DNA of 64,000 nt from assembly GCA_043228905.1 (NCBI GenBank), contig JBHGNT010000011.1, positions 16,554,001 through 16,618,000 on the forward strand, written 5' to 3'. Below are positions 1-13,199 of this stretch, in pieces. This stretch comes from Azolla caroliniana (lineage: Eukaryota; Plantae; Polypodiophyta). A model generated the notes under the pieces. It was not told where the DNA came from. It did no database searches and worked only from the letters and a program-made list of their open reading frames with translations. The translations under genes and the position numbers were made by a program. Position 1 is the first letter of the stretch. Every line of letters begins with the position of its first letter.

Positions 1-1691
1 ATAAATTTACCATTCTTTCTTTTACTGCTCTATTCTTCTTTTCATTCGCAGCTTTCTGTTCTCTTTTGCTTTCTTTCTTTTTTGCTTTTCAGGTCATGAT
101 GCCCTCTCTCTCTCTCTCCCCCCCCCCCTCTTTCCTTCACTATTTGCTTGCTTCTCACCATCTTTTCTACAAACCGCATTTATATATACCCAAGGTCAAA
201 AGGACTCACTTCACATAGAATCCACAAAGCTCCTTCTATTAGCACCTTTCTACCGGGTTATATCCTAGTCTATATAGCTTTATACTTGTACTCTTCTCTG
301 TCCCGTGTCTGTCGGTCTCTCAAATCTCGATCGTTGCACAACATGGGTAGATGAAACTCAAGAATGCAAGGTTTAAACACATGACCTTCTATAGTTTGTC
401 TGTTTTCGTCGATTATCATAGCACAATTTCACACTACCGTTACGGAAGCTTCTTCCCATTATAGGTATTCAAGACTTGACTTTCTCTTCACATTCTCTCT
501 GTGGTTGGCCCATAAACAATGTTGGAATTTTGAATTCTCTATCCCTGATCGAGGCAATAATGACATATTCTTTGGTTTTATTATCCACATGAACTAAAAT
601 AAATCCAATCTAGAATATTGATCATAGGTCAAATGTATTCTAAAAACATGCTCATAGTGTAATTTCTAAGAAACTATCTTTTAGTAGGTAGCCATGGCTA
701 ATGCTCAATGGGCTTGTGATGTGAAAGGGACTCTTTACGGTTTCCCACTTTGCAAGTTGCATAAAAAGGCAAGAGTTCTAATGTACGAGGGACCTTTGAG
801 TTTAATATATATTTATTGTGTGGTGAACATATTCTCTTTGATAGAGCACGATTGTGATTGGTGAGCACGTGTTCTTTGAGATAGAGCATGCATGTTGTGA
901 TGTGAACAAACTCTTTGCTAGAGTGTATGGGTGGGTGAGTGTATTAGTTTGCATACAAGAATGATCTTCATTATGCTTGACATATGAGGAACCCTTGTGT
1001 GATCTCGCAATGAGCTATTTCATTCGCATTAGATCATTGTCAATCAATGTTTGAGCACACTATCCAAGTATCAATGTTTGCAAAGAAGGGGTTTTCTAGG
1101 CTTTACTCCGAAGTTTGGCTAGTTGCCATAGACTACGTCCAACATCAATACTTAAAGTGCCTTTGAGATGAGAGAAACATAGTTGCTACTAGCATATCGT
1201 TATTGAGTGGAATGTCAAGCCTAATATGAGCTTGCCACAATCATAGTATTTAGGTGCATGGATCACTAATACATGTCAAGAGGATGCAAAGTAGTTGTAG
1301 TAGCCGAATGGTTGCTTGAATGGTCAAATTGGGTATATGTCGATATAGTCGTTGATGAATGCAATCACAATCATAAAAACTATTGCTTAGGCTTTCGCAA
1401 ATTTGGCCCATTCCCAATGTCATGGAATACAAAATAAATGTTTAGGTCTATCCCACCTTGGTAGGAAAATATGCCAAGATTTGTCAAAACATCAAGTCAT
1501 TGAAGAATAGGAGCCATCATGACAATTGAAATTTTGGGTAACCGTTGTTCTATAAGTGTAACAACAATTTAATGGAACCCATCTTGACTATTGTATGGGT
1601 GGGATGTAGACCATTCTCTCATCTTCTTATTAAGAATTATGGATACAAGAATAGATCGACATCAAGTTTTGCTCCAATGTTTGGGTAAAAT

Positions 1692-2371
1692 TAGGGAGCA
1701 GTAACGGCTCGGCTCAAACCTAAACCGTTTAGCTAAACCAGTTTAAACGGCTTAGCGACTCGTCTCGGTTTAGGCTTGAGTCTACCTATATGGTTTGAGC
1801 TCGGCTCGGCTTCGCTTGAGCCTTGCCAAACCGTTTTAGCCGTTTATGTGATTTAAGAATTAGGCTTTAGAAAGTTAGAAGTTAGAAGTTGGAACTTGGA
1901 ACTTGAAAGTTGATAGAGAGAGACTGACAGGAAGACATAAGCAACATACTATTGAGTGACGAGAGAGGGAGGGACAGAGAGGGACAGAGAGCTTGCGTAG
2001 TGGGCGATCAGGGGACCTCCTTGTTGTTCAGTGTTATATACATTCTTTGGAGAAGGATTGGATCGCCAAGAGTGATAGGTCACCATAGCCTTGGGCCTCG
2101 TGGTTCGGGTGGTGGGAGGTAGGGGATTCATGGATGTCAGTCGACCAATCATAGTAGTCTACAAAGAGGGAGTTGTGGAGGTGGAACTTGGAGTTGAGTT
2201 TGACTCATCAATGGTAAGGCCGAGAGTTATGAGGAGGAGAAGAAGAGTAGAAGGAAGTGGTGTTTTTTGGGTATCTTCAGCTTTTTTGTCCCAAAACGGT
2301 TTAGGCTTAACCGGTTTGGCTTGGATAAGGCCAAACCGGTTAAGCCTAAACCAAACCATTGCCAATTCCTA
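1692..2371. mobile_element. Non-autonomous hAT-like DNA transposon (MITE/Ds-like)
   Basis: Imperfect TIRs (TAGGGAGCAGTAACGG / revcomp TAGGAATTGGCAATGG). Many subterminal AAACGG/AAACCGGT motifs at both ends. Flanks GGTAAAAT (1684-1691) and GATAAAAT (2372-2379) form a 7/8 match to an 8-bp TSD, the length typical of hAT. Confidence 0.7.
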
Positions 2372-3470
2372 GATAAAATCTAAACCAAGTTGTAAGTAGG
2401 AGAGCTATTTCATGGTAATCGAATTGCCACAAAGTTAGTGTTACACCTAGATTGTGAGGATGATCATGTCCTTGAGCCATTGTGATCACACATGAACTCC
2501 CAATGGTAGTATACCTTAAACAAGTGATAACAATGAGGGCTCTTGATTTCCCTATCCTAGAGTAGCATTCTTTAAGGGTCTACCCTTCTCGTTTTCTCTT
2601 GACATGTACCATTTGGTTTAGAATCCTCACTCCTTACACAAAACAAAATGTGTGTCTTTGGATACCCTTAGATATATTCCCTCTCAAGTAGTCTACTTAA
2701 AGGTTATGTTCTATTTCCATGAACAAGGTAGTGAACTTCATTCATACAAGTATCTCTTTTTTAATGCTTGACGGTGTCGTGGTGTGGCATGTGCAAAGGG
2801 AGAAATGCACTAGGAAGTCAAGTTTTACAATAGGATTCAGGTTGAAGTTGTGCTTTGAGAAATGCAAAGAAGAAGAAGATCGATTGATAAGAGCTAAGCA
2901 CTCAAACAAGTAGGTCAAGGGTTCAATACTACTCACTACAAAGGGAAAAAAATGGGCCACAATGTGTAATTGACAACAATGGAACTATAAGAGAGCTCCT
3001 TAAATCTACCTAATGAGTAGAAGAGCTCCTTGTCAGGTTTCATGATGAATTTGCAATGATGTTGTTGATATATACAGATAGATAAACACAAATTTGGCTT
3101 GATTTTAGACTCTATAATCCGAAACTAAAGAATATCCCACTAACAACCCTTCTCATTCTATTCTTCTTTCACCTTATGTAAAAGGGTTCAACTTTGTGGA
3201 AATTGTAATCGCCTTAGCAATTTGATCTAAATTTCTTCTCTATTATCTACCTAGCTTGGAAAAAGTTGCAAATCTTGTGCCTATGTGATTCTAAATCATG
3301 GGGGACCGCTATGGCATATTTGTAAGTGAAATGTGGTGAGAACTCGTTCCACTTCACTCAAGGAATTTCGAGATTAACACATGGTATTTGAACAAGTGGT
3401 GAGGTTTGTACTTGTGCTTCTAAGTGATTGACACTCTACTAATGAGCCACACCCACAATAGTCATGGGGG

Positions 3471-3598
3471 TTTCCGCTACTATACATGTCCATTCATGTG
3501 GGTAGGAGGGTTGTAATAGATTGTATTGAAACTTTGTAGCCTTTGGGCATCTTTTCATTAATACCACGATGAATTTTGACATTAAAAAATAAGTAAAA
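3471..3598 (+). mobile_element. Extremely 5'-truncated LINE (family A 3' end) with A-rich tail
   Basis: Closely matches 15714-15840. TSD AATAGTCATGGGGG (3457-3470) / AATAGCCATGGGGG (3599-3612). Confidence 0.8.
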
Positions 3599-6139
3599 AA
3601 TAGCCATGGGGGAATTTCCAATGCTCGAAATTGGTTTTATCCTAAAAAAACCTAAAACGTCCCTAGGTGACCCTAATAACACCTAGTAAGGATCCCTAAA
3701 TTGTCCCTAAGCTCCCTTAATCAAACCTAGGAACTCCCTAAATCATCCTTTGGCCAATCTCCCTAATTAGACATAGGAACACTCCTAAATAAGCTCTAGA
3801 GCCTTTCTTAAATATGTCCTAGCTAAGGCCAAATTAGGCCTTGGATAAGACAGAGCTCCTCAAAGCATCCAAGCGGCACTTAGAAACCTTCCCAACGACC
3901 TACGGGAGGGCGGTGTCGTGAAGATCCGTCACTACATGCGGATCGTGAGGCGGAACCGTCAGGGTTCTGGATCGGAAGGATTCGAAGTTTGCACTAGCTT
4001 TGGCGAGAAAGTATTTAAGATAGATTAAAAGAGAGAGAGATTGAGATAAGATAGAAAGTTTGACTTTAGATTGAGAAAGATTGAAATGGAGAGAGAGATT
4101 AAGATTGAACCCTTTACTTTAGATTTGAGGAACAAGATATATCATCAATTGGATAATGATTTTATTTTCTTAATATTAATTTTAATATAAAGTACAAAGC
4201 TTGCTTGATTAATACCTAGCTCATTTTTCCTCTCCATCCACTCTTTTATAGATGCCCCCATGCACATGATGCTTGTGAGGGTGCAAGACATGCATGAGAT
4301 GCATGTTTGCCATTTGGCGCTCATGTATTACATGTGTTACATGATAACCATGTCACTAATTTAGATATAAAATGATCAAAGTAAAACTTTTGAAGACTTG
4401 GCTTAGTGGTAAGCCTATTGACTTTCATCTTGGAGGTAGAAGGTTCAAGCCTTGATCACATCCCTTTTAAAACACAAAATACTACTAGGCTTTTGGTCTT
4501 GTATTTACACCGAAAATCTTCAAAACACCATGCAACTGACCGATCCGTCTATCCCAACACCATGCACCGCGATCAACCGACCGATCTGTCTGTCCCAACT
4601 AGTTCAATCCAATCCCATCCGTCGTTGTCGCCAGCTTGCCGAATCCGCCTGGTCAGCCAAAACCCTTATAAGTAGCTAGGCCACACCCATTCATCCAATT
4701 AATTTAGCTCAAGTTACCTTGAACATTTTATGATCCACTCATAAACATAAAATAATAGATTTTGGCCCTACTTATATAATTTGGGATCCTTATTTATCCT
4801 ATCTATGTGGGATATTTCGTAATTTTGTTTTTTCTCTTCTTCTTCGCAAACTTCATATCCACATAACTTGTCACTTAGTTGATCATTTCTTATGTGGTAA
4901 AGTGTATTCGAAAGCTCTTGAAGACATCCATCTTTTTGTACCAAGATATTAAACTAGTATAAAATAGTATCTTCACTATTATTGTTAATTGGACCGTGTG
5001 TGAAGAACCACAATCGATTTTGTACATTCCATTCAATTTTCAAACCATTGGCGAAAATCTTTACGATAGCAGGAACCTTATGTTCTTGAAATTCCCCATA
5101 TATATATATATAGCTTCACATTTGTTAATTCCTATATCCTTCCTTGTGACGAACATAATTGTAATTTGTAACCGTAGGTGGGGGCTAATTCATAATGAAT
5201 GACAGCTAAATACTATAGTGGGATATAACTTTATAATGTTTCATCACTTGAACATTTTTTAGAATAAAAAAAAAACCAAGTGTTAAACATACAAGGATGT
5301 AGGGTTTTAACTTATATAAGAAAGCTAACTACCTTCATGAAGGTAATTTCTTCTCTTTATCGTTTTGAGATAGACACTCTAATAGTGTGGCAAAAGTCTA
5401 GCTTCATACACATACACATTCTAGCACAAACAATCGTTGAATACAAACACATTATCCCACACACATGTGTGTGTTTAAAAGTGTGCTTGCATGAATCAAC
5501 ACAAGACGCTTGATGTAAAGAAGCACCAAGGGCTCCAATACAATTGTTGACACCCAGAACCATTAAACGACAAAAGTCAACCTTCCTAGTTTCAATTTTA
5601 TGCGGTCCCACCCCATATCTCAAATGCATAGGTGAATTTTCCACGCCAGTCATATGTCCAATAGTAGTTTGCTCATTCTTTTACATTATTTGGTGTGATA
5701 CCACATCCTTAGTTTGGTGTAGAGGGTTTCATATTGGTGGTATTACTAGTTTGCATTCTACTCATATTAGTGTATGTGCATCTTGATAAAGTCGTTCCAC
5801 CATCCCATGGACCATCATTGTGCACCTTCTCAAATTCGTTCCTCGTACCTATATTTTGTGCCTCATCACTGAATCCCAATGTGTTTCTAAGTGTTCTTCT
5901 CATTGGTTGTTTTCTTCAACAATACATTGTCTTTGCTTCTCCTTACCTTTTTTCAAATTCCTTAAAATGGTCTCTTTGACTTTTCTAAATTGTCTCTAGT
6001 AAATTTCCAAATCATCTCCATGACTAGAAATCAACATTGTTGTCATGAAGCTAAGGCTTCACGATATCGAAACAATGTCAAAATCTAAAAACAATGTTGT
6101 CCCACCAGCTAATGCCCAAATTGAACCAATTTGGGCCAA

Positions 6140-6390
6140 GCAAATTGCCAAACCGGTTAACTTAAAGCCTTAACCAGTTTGGGGATCGGTTCAGTTCAAG
6201 TTTGAAAACTCCTAAACCAGTTAAGGCTTAATTGGTTTGGTTTTGACAACACTAAAGTGGTTAAGCCTTAACCAATTTGGGAATCGGTTTGGTTCAAGTT
6301 TGAAAACTCCTAAACCAGTTGAGGCTTAACTAGTTTGGTTTTGACAACACTAAAACGGTTAAGCCAAAATGGAAGCATTGCCAATTCTTG
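6140..6390. mobile_element. hAT-like element end containing a 98-bp tandem duplication
   Basis: AAACCGGTT/AAACGG-rich, ending CATTGCCAATTCTTG like the right end of the 1692-2371 element. Units start at 6165 and 6263 (period 98). Confidence 0.55.
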
Positions 6391-6821
6391 TCCATGACAT
6401 TCTCTAAATAAAAAATCAAATACTTTCACTTTTATACTTCTTATACATTTTAGTTATATACATAATCAATGCTTTATTTCCGTACATTTTCTAAATGGTT
6501 TCATTTTTGGGCAGATTCTTTTGTTTCGTTGATCTTCAATGTCTGGACTTAGTCCAAGTATAACAAGAACACCTATCTTCTCACAGGTTCGTGTGGCCGT
6601 GATCATGTGTACTTAGTCAAACTTTTGGGTTACTTATAATGAGCGTGTGTTGTTTTCCGAGGGTTGTCATGACCAAAAGTGAGGTTGTGTCAATCTAAGA
6701 CATCCTTGGATACACAACCTTAATGTTTTGTGGGCAAGGGGTGGAGATGCATATAAGCTTTTTTGCAAATGAATTATCATATAAATGCATTTCATGTGTT
6801 TGCAAGGACATGCTTTAACGC

Positions 6822-7059
6822 ACACATTTGTCAATCTTCTTCTTCTTACTCCCCATGACACATAATCTACTCAAAGAAATAACACATTTGTCAATCTTCT
6901 TCTTCTTACTCCCCATGACACATAATCTACTCAAAGAAATAACACATTTGTCAATCTTCTTCTTCTTACTCCCCATGACACATAATCTACTCAAAGAAAT
7001 AACACATTTGTCAATCTTCTTCTTCTTACTCCTCGTGACACATAATCTACTCAAAGAAA
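6822..7059. repeat. 60-bp minisatellite, about 4 copies
   Basis: Unit ACACATTTGTCAATCTTCTTCTTCTTACTCCCCATGACACATAATCTACTCAAAGAAATA. Three copies are identical and the fourth has 2 substitutions. Confidence 0.95.
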
Positions 7060-7808
7060 GAAAGAGCAATTGATTAGGTTGTGACATTGGTATCATATCA
7101 TATATTGTGTCCCTTCACCTTCTTGTTGTTTATGGTCGATATCGCTTGGCCATGTCAATTTCATTAGGTTCACATTAACAATTATGATGTATCTTTCTTT
7201 TGATAAAAACAATCGTTGGTTATATGCTATTGAATATACATATGGATTTTTTAGCTTATGCAAATATGTGTTATATGTCTAATTGAATTTATTCTATACA
7301 AGTGCATAAAGAAGTTATTTTGTCACTAAGATCACGTTCACTTATTTTTTGTTTTCATCTCCATTTTAATCTAATTAATTGAAGTGAACACATATACATG
7401 GATCCATATATGAAAATAATAATACTTTGATCATTAGTATTTATTTGTTTCTTTCTATCAAATAACCCCATAAGCACATATTCCATAGGTTGTTCACTTC
7501 TTTTAAAGGAATCACCATAATGAATTAAGATAACACATGCGCGCGCATGTGTGTGTGTGTGTGAAATAGAAGTAATGAGATGTATCCATTTGCATATCAC
7601 TTATTCTTGTCATTGTTAGGGCCTGGACATAGTCATATTTGTAAATATATACATACATACACCATGATTTGTGTTTATCCCCATAATTTAAGTGACAAGC
7701 CACCTTTTTCTTATTGAATGCTACATGACATACAACATATTTGTGTGTTTGTGTCTTAGTGTGGTTGATTGTCAACACATAGCAAGGTGCACATAATTGC
7801 ATAACATC

Positions 7809-7976
7809 TGTCGAATACATGTGTATAATGGACGTATTCACACTATCCCGTTTTGGCCATTTATGTAATTAGCATAAAGGGTAGTTGCCCTAAGTCGGTC
7901 ACTATATATAGTGACCTTGTAACCTTTTTGTAAGGTTGGCTGTTGTATTGTTGCTTTGTGAAATAAAGAGTCTTTT

Positions 7977-8014
<38 letters not shown>

Positions 8015-8103
8015 AACGACCTAGAGACTGTCATACGCAGGTATCCAGCGAGAATCGAATGCTTCTCGATCTTCCGCATTGACGACCTTCCTCGCCTACA
8101 ACA
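7809..8103 (+). repeat. 5' LTR (295 bp)
   Basis: TGTCGAATAC...CCTACAACA, with TATATATA near 7903 and a (CT)15 tract. Confidence 0.95.
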
Positions 8104-8105
8104 TC

Positions 8106-8117
8106 TGGTATCAGAGC
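8106..8117 (+). promoter_or_regulatory. Primer-binding site (tRNA-iMet)
   Basis: TGGTATCAGAGC, 2 nt after the 5' LTR. Confidence 0.93.
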
Positions 8118-8689
8118 AAGGTTCGGCCGTCATCACCGCCTGCACAGCATTCGGTTCTTCACCTCAACACGGCCTGCACAGTATTCGCGTCATTCGAAGA
8201 AAGAGAGAAGAAGAACAAAAATGAGGTTTGCACCTCATCGCGTTAGATCCCCTTGCTTGGAGTAAGCCAGCAGGTTGTACTCTGTCCCCTGTGATCGTAA
8301 CCGCTCGAGGTGAAATCCCCTTGTGCAACTCTGACAACAACCCAAATTCGTGCTTCATCTGGCTGATCGACATTCGGGAGGATCAGTCGGATCCGTCTCT
8401 CTCATCGCTGCAGTCAACCGAAGCCGAATCGGTCCAGATAATCGGTTTCAATAATCGGTATTCGGCATATATATCCGAAGCGAACCGGGCTCACTCCGAC
8501 TAGGCGACATTCGGGAAAACCAGTCGGTTCTGTCCCTCAAGTTACCGGAGTCAATTCGAGCAAGTTCCGAAGCCGAACCGACTCGGGTTCAAATCCGACT
8601 AGAACGATATCGGGTGAGCCAACCGGCTGCACTCCAACAAGGCTCGTAGTCAACTCCGAACCGAGCTTCGTCAACCGAAACCCAATTTG

Positions 8690-11600
8690 ATGGCATCAAC
8701 ATCCGGCTCGTCAGAAATGAGTCTACGAAAGTTCGATGGATCGAACTTTAACTTCTGGAAGGAGCAAATGCAGGACTATCTCATAGTCAAGGGGCAAATC
8801 GATCCCATCGAAAATGAAGAACCTCCAGAAGGATACAAACCAATTGAGTGGCAGAAGCTGGACAGAATCGTCCGCGCCACGATTCGGATGCACCTATCGG
8901 AATCGGTATACTTTACGGTGCAATCGTGTACGACAGCATTTGAACTGTGGAAAACACTGTCGGACACTTACGAAAAGAAGGTCGCCGCAACAAAGATGTT
9001 TCTGATCCGGCGCCTCTACAACTTGCGGATGAAAGAATCCGATTCGGTTCAAGCACACCTCAACGAGTACGAAAGCATAAGCTCCCAAATCTCGTCACAG
9101 GGGACGGCAATCGAGGATGAACTCAGAGCAATGATACTCATGAGCAGCCTTCCCTCATCATGGGAAACTTTCGTCACAACCGTGTGCAACGCGTCAACCA
9201 CGGCTGTTAAATACTCCGAAGTCACGAGCGCAATCCTGACCGAAGCAGCTCGGAGAAAGTCTTTCGCCAAAGACTCAACAGACGACGCTTACGTAGTACA
9301 AGGTTCGACAGACCGATCGAACATACGAGGAAGAGATTCCTCACGGCCGCCGAACAATCAGCGAAGACGGAGCCAGTCACGGGATAACCGAATCTGCAAC
9401 TACTGCAAGAAACCCGGACACATCAAAGCCGACTGCCGCGCACTCAAGAACAAGAACAACAAGAAGAGTGGCCGGCATGAGGAGATCAATTACGTCAGCT
9501 TCTCAGCTGATGTACTACCGGACGACCCGAATATACTATCAATCGAAAATCCAGTCGGATCAGAAGTTCTGCTCACGACTGAAGAATCGAGCACGTGGCT
9601 CTTGGATTCGGGCGCGTCATTTCACGTGACTCCTCATCGATCCCAATTTCGGCAATATACGATCCGTCACTCCGACTCAGTTCGAGTCGGCAACTCACAA
9701 CACTGTGACATCATCGGAATCGGCACAGTAGAGCTCAACCTTGTAGGTGGCTCTACACTTGTACTCCACAATGTCCGACATGTACCCGAGCTCTCAAGGC
9801 CATTGATCTCAGTCGGACAACTAGATGAAGACGGCATTCGTGCCGGTTTTTCTTCGGGAGGGTGGACACTCCACAGGGGGAACCTCCTGCTTGCTAGAGG
9901 ACCCAAGATACACTCCCTGTATCCGTTACATCTTACGCTCAGAGAGGGTAACCTGTTCTTGGTGGATATTCCTGTGTCATCACTATGGCACCGAAGACTA
10001 GGACACCTCAGCAAGGCCGGCATCACGCACCTATCCAGAGCCGGATACATCCCCAAACTCTCCTTCTCCGACCATCAATTCTGCGAGCATTGCCAGTATG
10101 GCAAACAAGCAGCCGCATCACACCCGACATCAGCACCAAGAGAAACGAGACCTCTCGATTTAGTCCACTCGGACGTCTGTGGCCCAATGCCTCATCAGTC
10201 TCTTGGCGGTGCCTCTTACTTCGTCAGTTTTATTGACGATTCGACTCGAAAGGTGTGGGCTTATCCAATTCGCACCAAAGATCGTGTCTTCTCGATCTTC
10301 TCCGATTGGCTCGCTATGGTAGAAAATCAAACCGACCGAAAACTGAAATGCTTTCGGACCGACAATGGGGGAGAGTTCAAATCCGACGAATTCGTCAAAT
10401 TCTGCCGACAACGCGGCATCCGACGTGAATTTACGGCACCACAGAATCCGGAGCAAAACGGGATTGCAGAACGAATGAATCGGACAATCCAAGAACGGAT
10501 AGTTTCCATGCTCCAACACTCCCGACTGTCGGATGGCTTCTGGGCAGAGGCTCTACTCACGGCAGTACACATAATAAATATGTCGCCAAGTAGACCTCTA
10601 GGACTTCAAATTCCTCAGGAACTATGGATCGGCAGTAAGCCGAATTACGACAAGCTGAGGATCTTCGGATGCGAGGCGTACGCCCTTATTCCGAAAGATG
10701 ATCGCTGAAAACTTGCACCTCGGTCCAGGAAATGCATTTTCCTTGGATATGGATCAGACGGCGAAATGGGATACCGACTCTGGGATCCCGAACGCAGACA
10801 AATCGTCCGAAGTTCGGACGTTGTGTTCAACGAGTCGGCTATGAATCCATCAGTCGAAAAACCGATCGAAGTCCGAAGGGTAACATTTTCCGATGTGCCG
10901 ACCCTTCAAGAAGGCCCCGCTCTCAACACACGGTCAGCTTCACGGGTAGCTGAACCTTACACTACCGACTCGGACAACTCCGACTCGGCACAGCAGAACA
11001 ATCCGCTTTCGGACCATCCGACCTCGATACCCGATACGACCAGTCCAATCATACCTCGACGATCCGAGAGACTGTCGCAACCTCCGGAGAGGTATTCTCC
11101 TGGAATTTTCTTCACCGACGCCGGCGAACCGACGTCTTACGAAGAAGCATCGACATCTGTCGATTCAGCCACCTGGCATCTGGCGATGGAGTCGGAAATG
11201 CACTCCATTCGGGCAAACAAGACTTGGGATCTGGTCGAATTACCTAGGAACCGACGTGCTCTTCCTTGCAAGTGGGTTTATCGACTAAAAGAGACGTCTG
11301 ATTCGACCACCCCAAAGTACAAGGCCAGATTAGTTGCGAAGGGCTTCCGACAAGAATATGGCGTCGACTTCGACGAGATTTTTTCACCAGTGGTGAAAAT
11401 GACAACCCTTCGCTTTCTTCTCGGCGTAGTGGCAGCCGACAACTTGGAGCTGATTCAGCTAGATGTCAAAACAGCCTTCCTCCATGGTGATCTCGAGGAG
11501 GAAATTTATATGGAGCAGCCAAAAGGCTTCGTGGCAACTGGCCAAGAACATCTAGTCTGCCGACTCAGGAAGAGTCTATACGGCCTCAAACAAGCACCCC

Positions 11601-12703
11601 GACAATGGTACAAGAAGTTCGACGACTTCATCCAATCGATCGGCTTCTCCAAAAGCGATGAGGACCATTGTCTCTTCACCAACACAGCTCAAGATGGATC
11701 ACCCATCTTCCTCATCATTTACGTGGACGACATGCTAATTTCTGGACGCCACGCGGGCGAACTTGCCAATCTCATTCGGCAACTGCGGTTGAAGTTTGCT
11801 ATGAAGGACCTCGGTCCGGCACGACACATCCTTGGCATGAAGATTAGTCGGCATCGCGATAAACGACATCTTTTTTTGTCTCAGACCGACTATATCGGAC
11901 GTGTCTTGGAACGCTTCAACATGCAATCAGCCAAATCTGCTTCAACCCCGCTCCCCATGAATCTTCGGCTCTCTCAGCGAGACTGCCCGACATCCGGTTC
12001 GGAGGGGGAAGATATGAAGTCGGTACCGTATGCACCGGCAGTCGGCTCCCTTATGTACCTGATGGTCGCGACACGGCCTGATATTTCTCATGCCGTAGGA
12101 GTCGTTAGCAGATTTATGCACAATCCTGGCCGATCGCATTGGAACGCAGTCAAGCATGTGTTCAGATATCTGGCTGGCACAAAAGACCATGGCATTCTTT
12201 TCGGTCCGAACCGAACCTCAGGCGTAGTCGGTTACACCGACTCGGACTTCGCCGGCTGTATAGACAGTCGGAAATCAACAACCGGATACTGCTTCAAATT
12301 CGGCAATGGAGCAATCTCGTGGAAGTCGAAACTTCAGGAGTGCACATCGACCTCAACGACCGAAGCAGAATATGTAGCTGCGTCCGACGCAGCAAAAGAA
12401 GCTTTGTGGCTCGGTCGGCTGGCGCACACGTTTCGACAAGTCGACCATGACTCGGCTCCAGTTGTCTACAGCGACAGTCAAGGTGCTGTTGCCTTGTCGA
12501 AAAATCCGGTTCACCACAACGCCTCCAAACATATCGACGTTCGATATCACTTCGTTCGGGACTGCGTCATCTCAGGGAAAATCGGTCTAGAGAAAATATC
12601 CACAACCGACAATGTCGCAGATGGAATGACCAAGTGTCTTTCGGCAGACCGCTTTCGGTCTCTTCGGCATCAGATGGGCGTAACGACAAACCAGTCCGGT
12701 TAG
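8690..12703 (+). pseudogene. Copia Gag-Pol polyprotein with a single in-frame TGA at 10706-10708
   Basis: Motifs: zinc knuckle CNYCKKPGHIKADC, protease WLLDSGAS, integrase WHRRLGH..CEHC and RTDNGGEF, RT YKARLVAKG and YVDDML, RNaseH YTDSDFAG. ORFs 8687-10708 and 10766-12703 are in the same frame, reading DDR*KLAPRSRKCIFLGY across the stop. Confidence 0.93.
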
Positions 12704-12887
12704 AGCCGGACACAGAGCAGGATGGTTCCCGACAACCGACATCAGTTCCTTAATGATCGGCTTCAACTGTTCCGACCCGACCAGTTCGGTCTTCTGCCTT
12801 CGGACCCTGCCGACTCGAACAAAGCTGATATGTCCGAGAACCCAAGTCTATACCTGTAATCTTAGATAACCCATGTATACGCCCATT

Positions 12888-12896
12888 ACGGGGGAG
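12888..12896 (+). promoter_or_regulatory. Polypurine tract
   Basis: ACGGGGGAG directly before the 3' LTR. Confidence 0.8.
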
Positions 12897-13063
12897 TGTC
12901 GAATACATGTGTATAATGGACGTATTCACACTATCCCGTTTTGGCCATTTATGTAATTAGCATAAAGGGTAGTTGCCCTAAGTCGGTCACTATATATAGT
13001 GACCTTGTAACCTTTTTGTAAGGTTGGCTGTTGTATTGTTGCTTTGTGAAATAAAGAGTCTTT

Positions 13064-13110
<47 letters not shown>

Positions 13111-13199
13111 AACGACCTAGAGACTGTCATACGCAGGTATCCAGCGAGAATCGAATGCTTCTCGATCTTCCGCATTGACGACCTTCCTCGCCTACAACA
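12897..13199 (+). repeat. 3' LTR (303 bp)
   Basis: Appears identical to the 5' LTR except at the microsatellite, which is (CT)20. Confidence 0.95.

Larger units (their letters stand above)
7809..13199 (+). mobile_element. Full-length Ty1/copia LTR retrotransposon
   Basis: TG...CA LTRs at 7809-8103 and 12897-13199. 5-bp TSD ACATC (7804-7808, 13200-13204). tRNA-iMet PBS and PPT present. Domain order Gag-PR-IN-RT-RNaseH. Confidence 0.97.

Noticed and set aside
600-5150. Possible decayed gypsy-like LTR element (PPT-like GGGAGGGCGG then TGTCGTG at ~3914)
   Set aside because: No intact motifs, paired LTR or TSD could be confirmed by eye.
6822-7059. CRISPR-like array
   Set aside because: The units are contiguous with no unique spacers, there are no cas genes, and the context is eukaryotic.
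10700-10770. Separate gag and pol ORFs with programmed recoding
   Set aside because: The stop lies at the end of integrase, not at the gag/pol boundary, and both ORFs share one frame. A point nonsense mutation is the simpler explanation.
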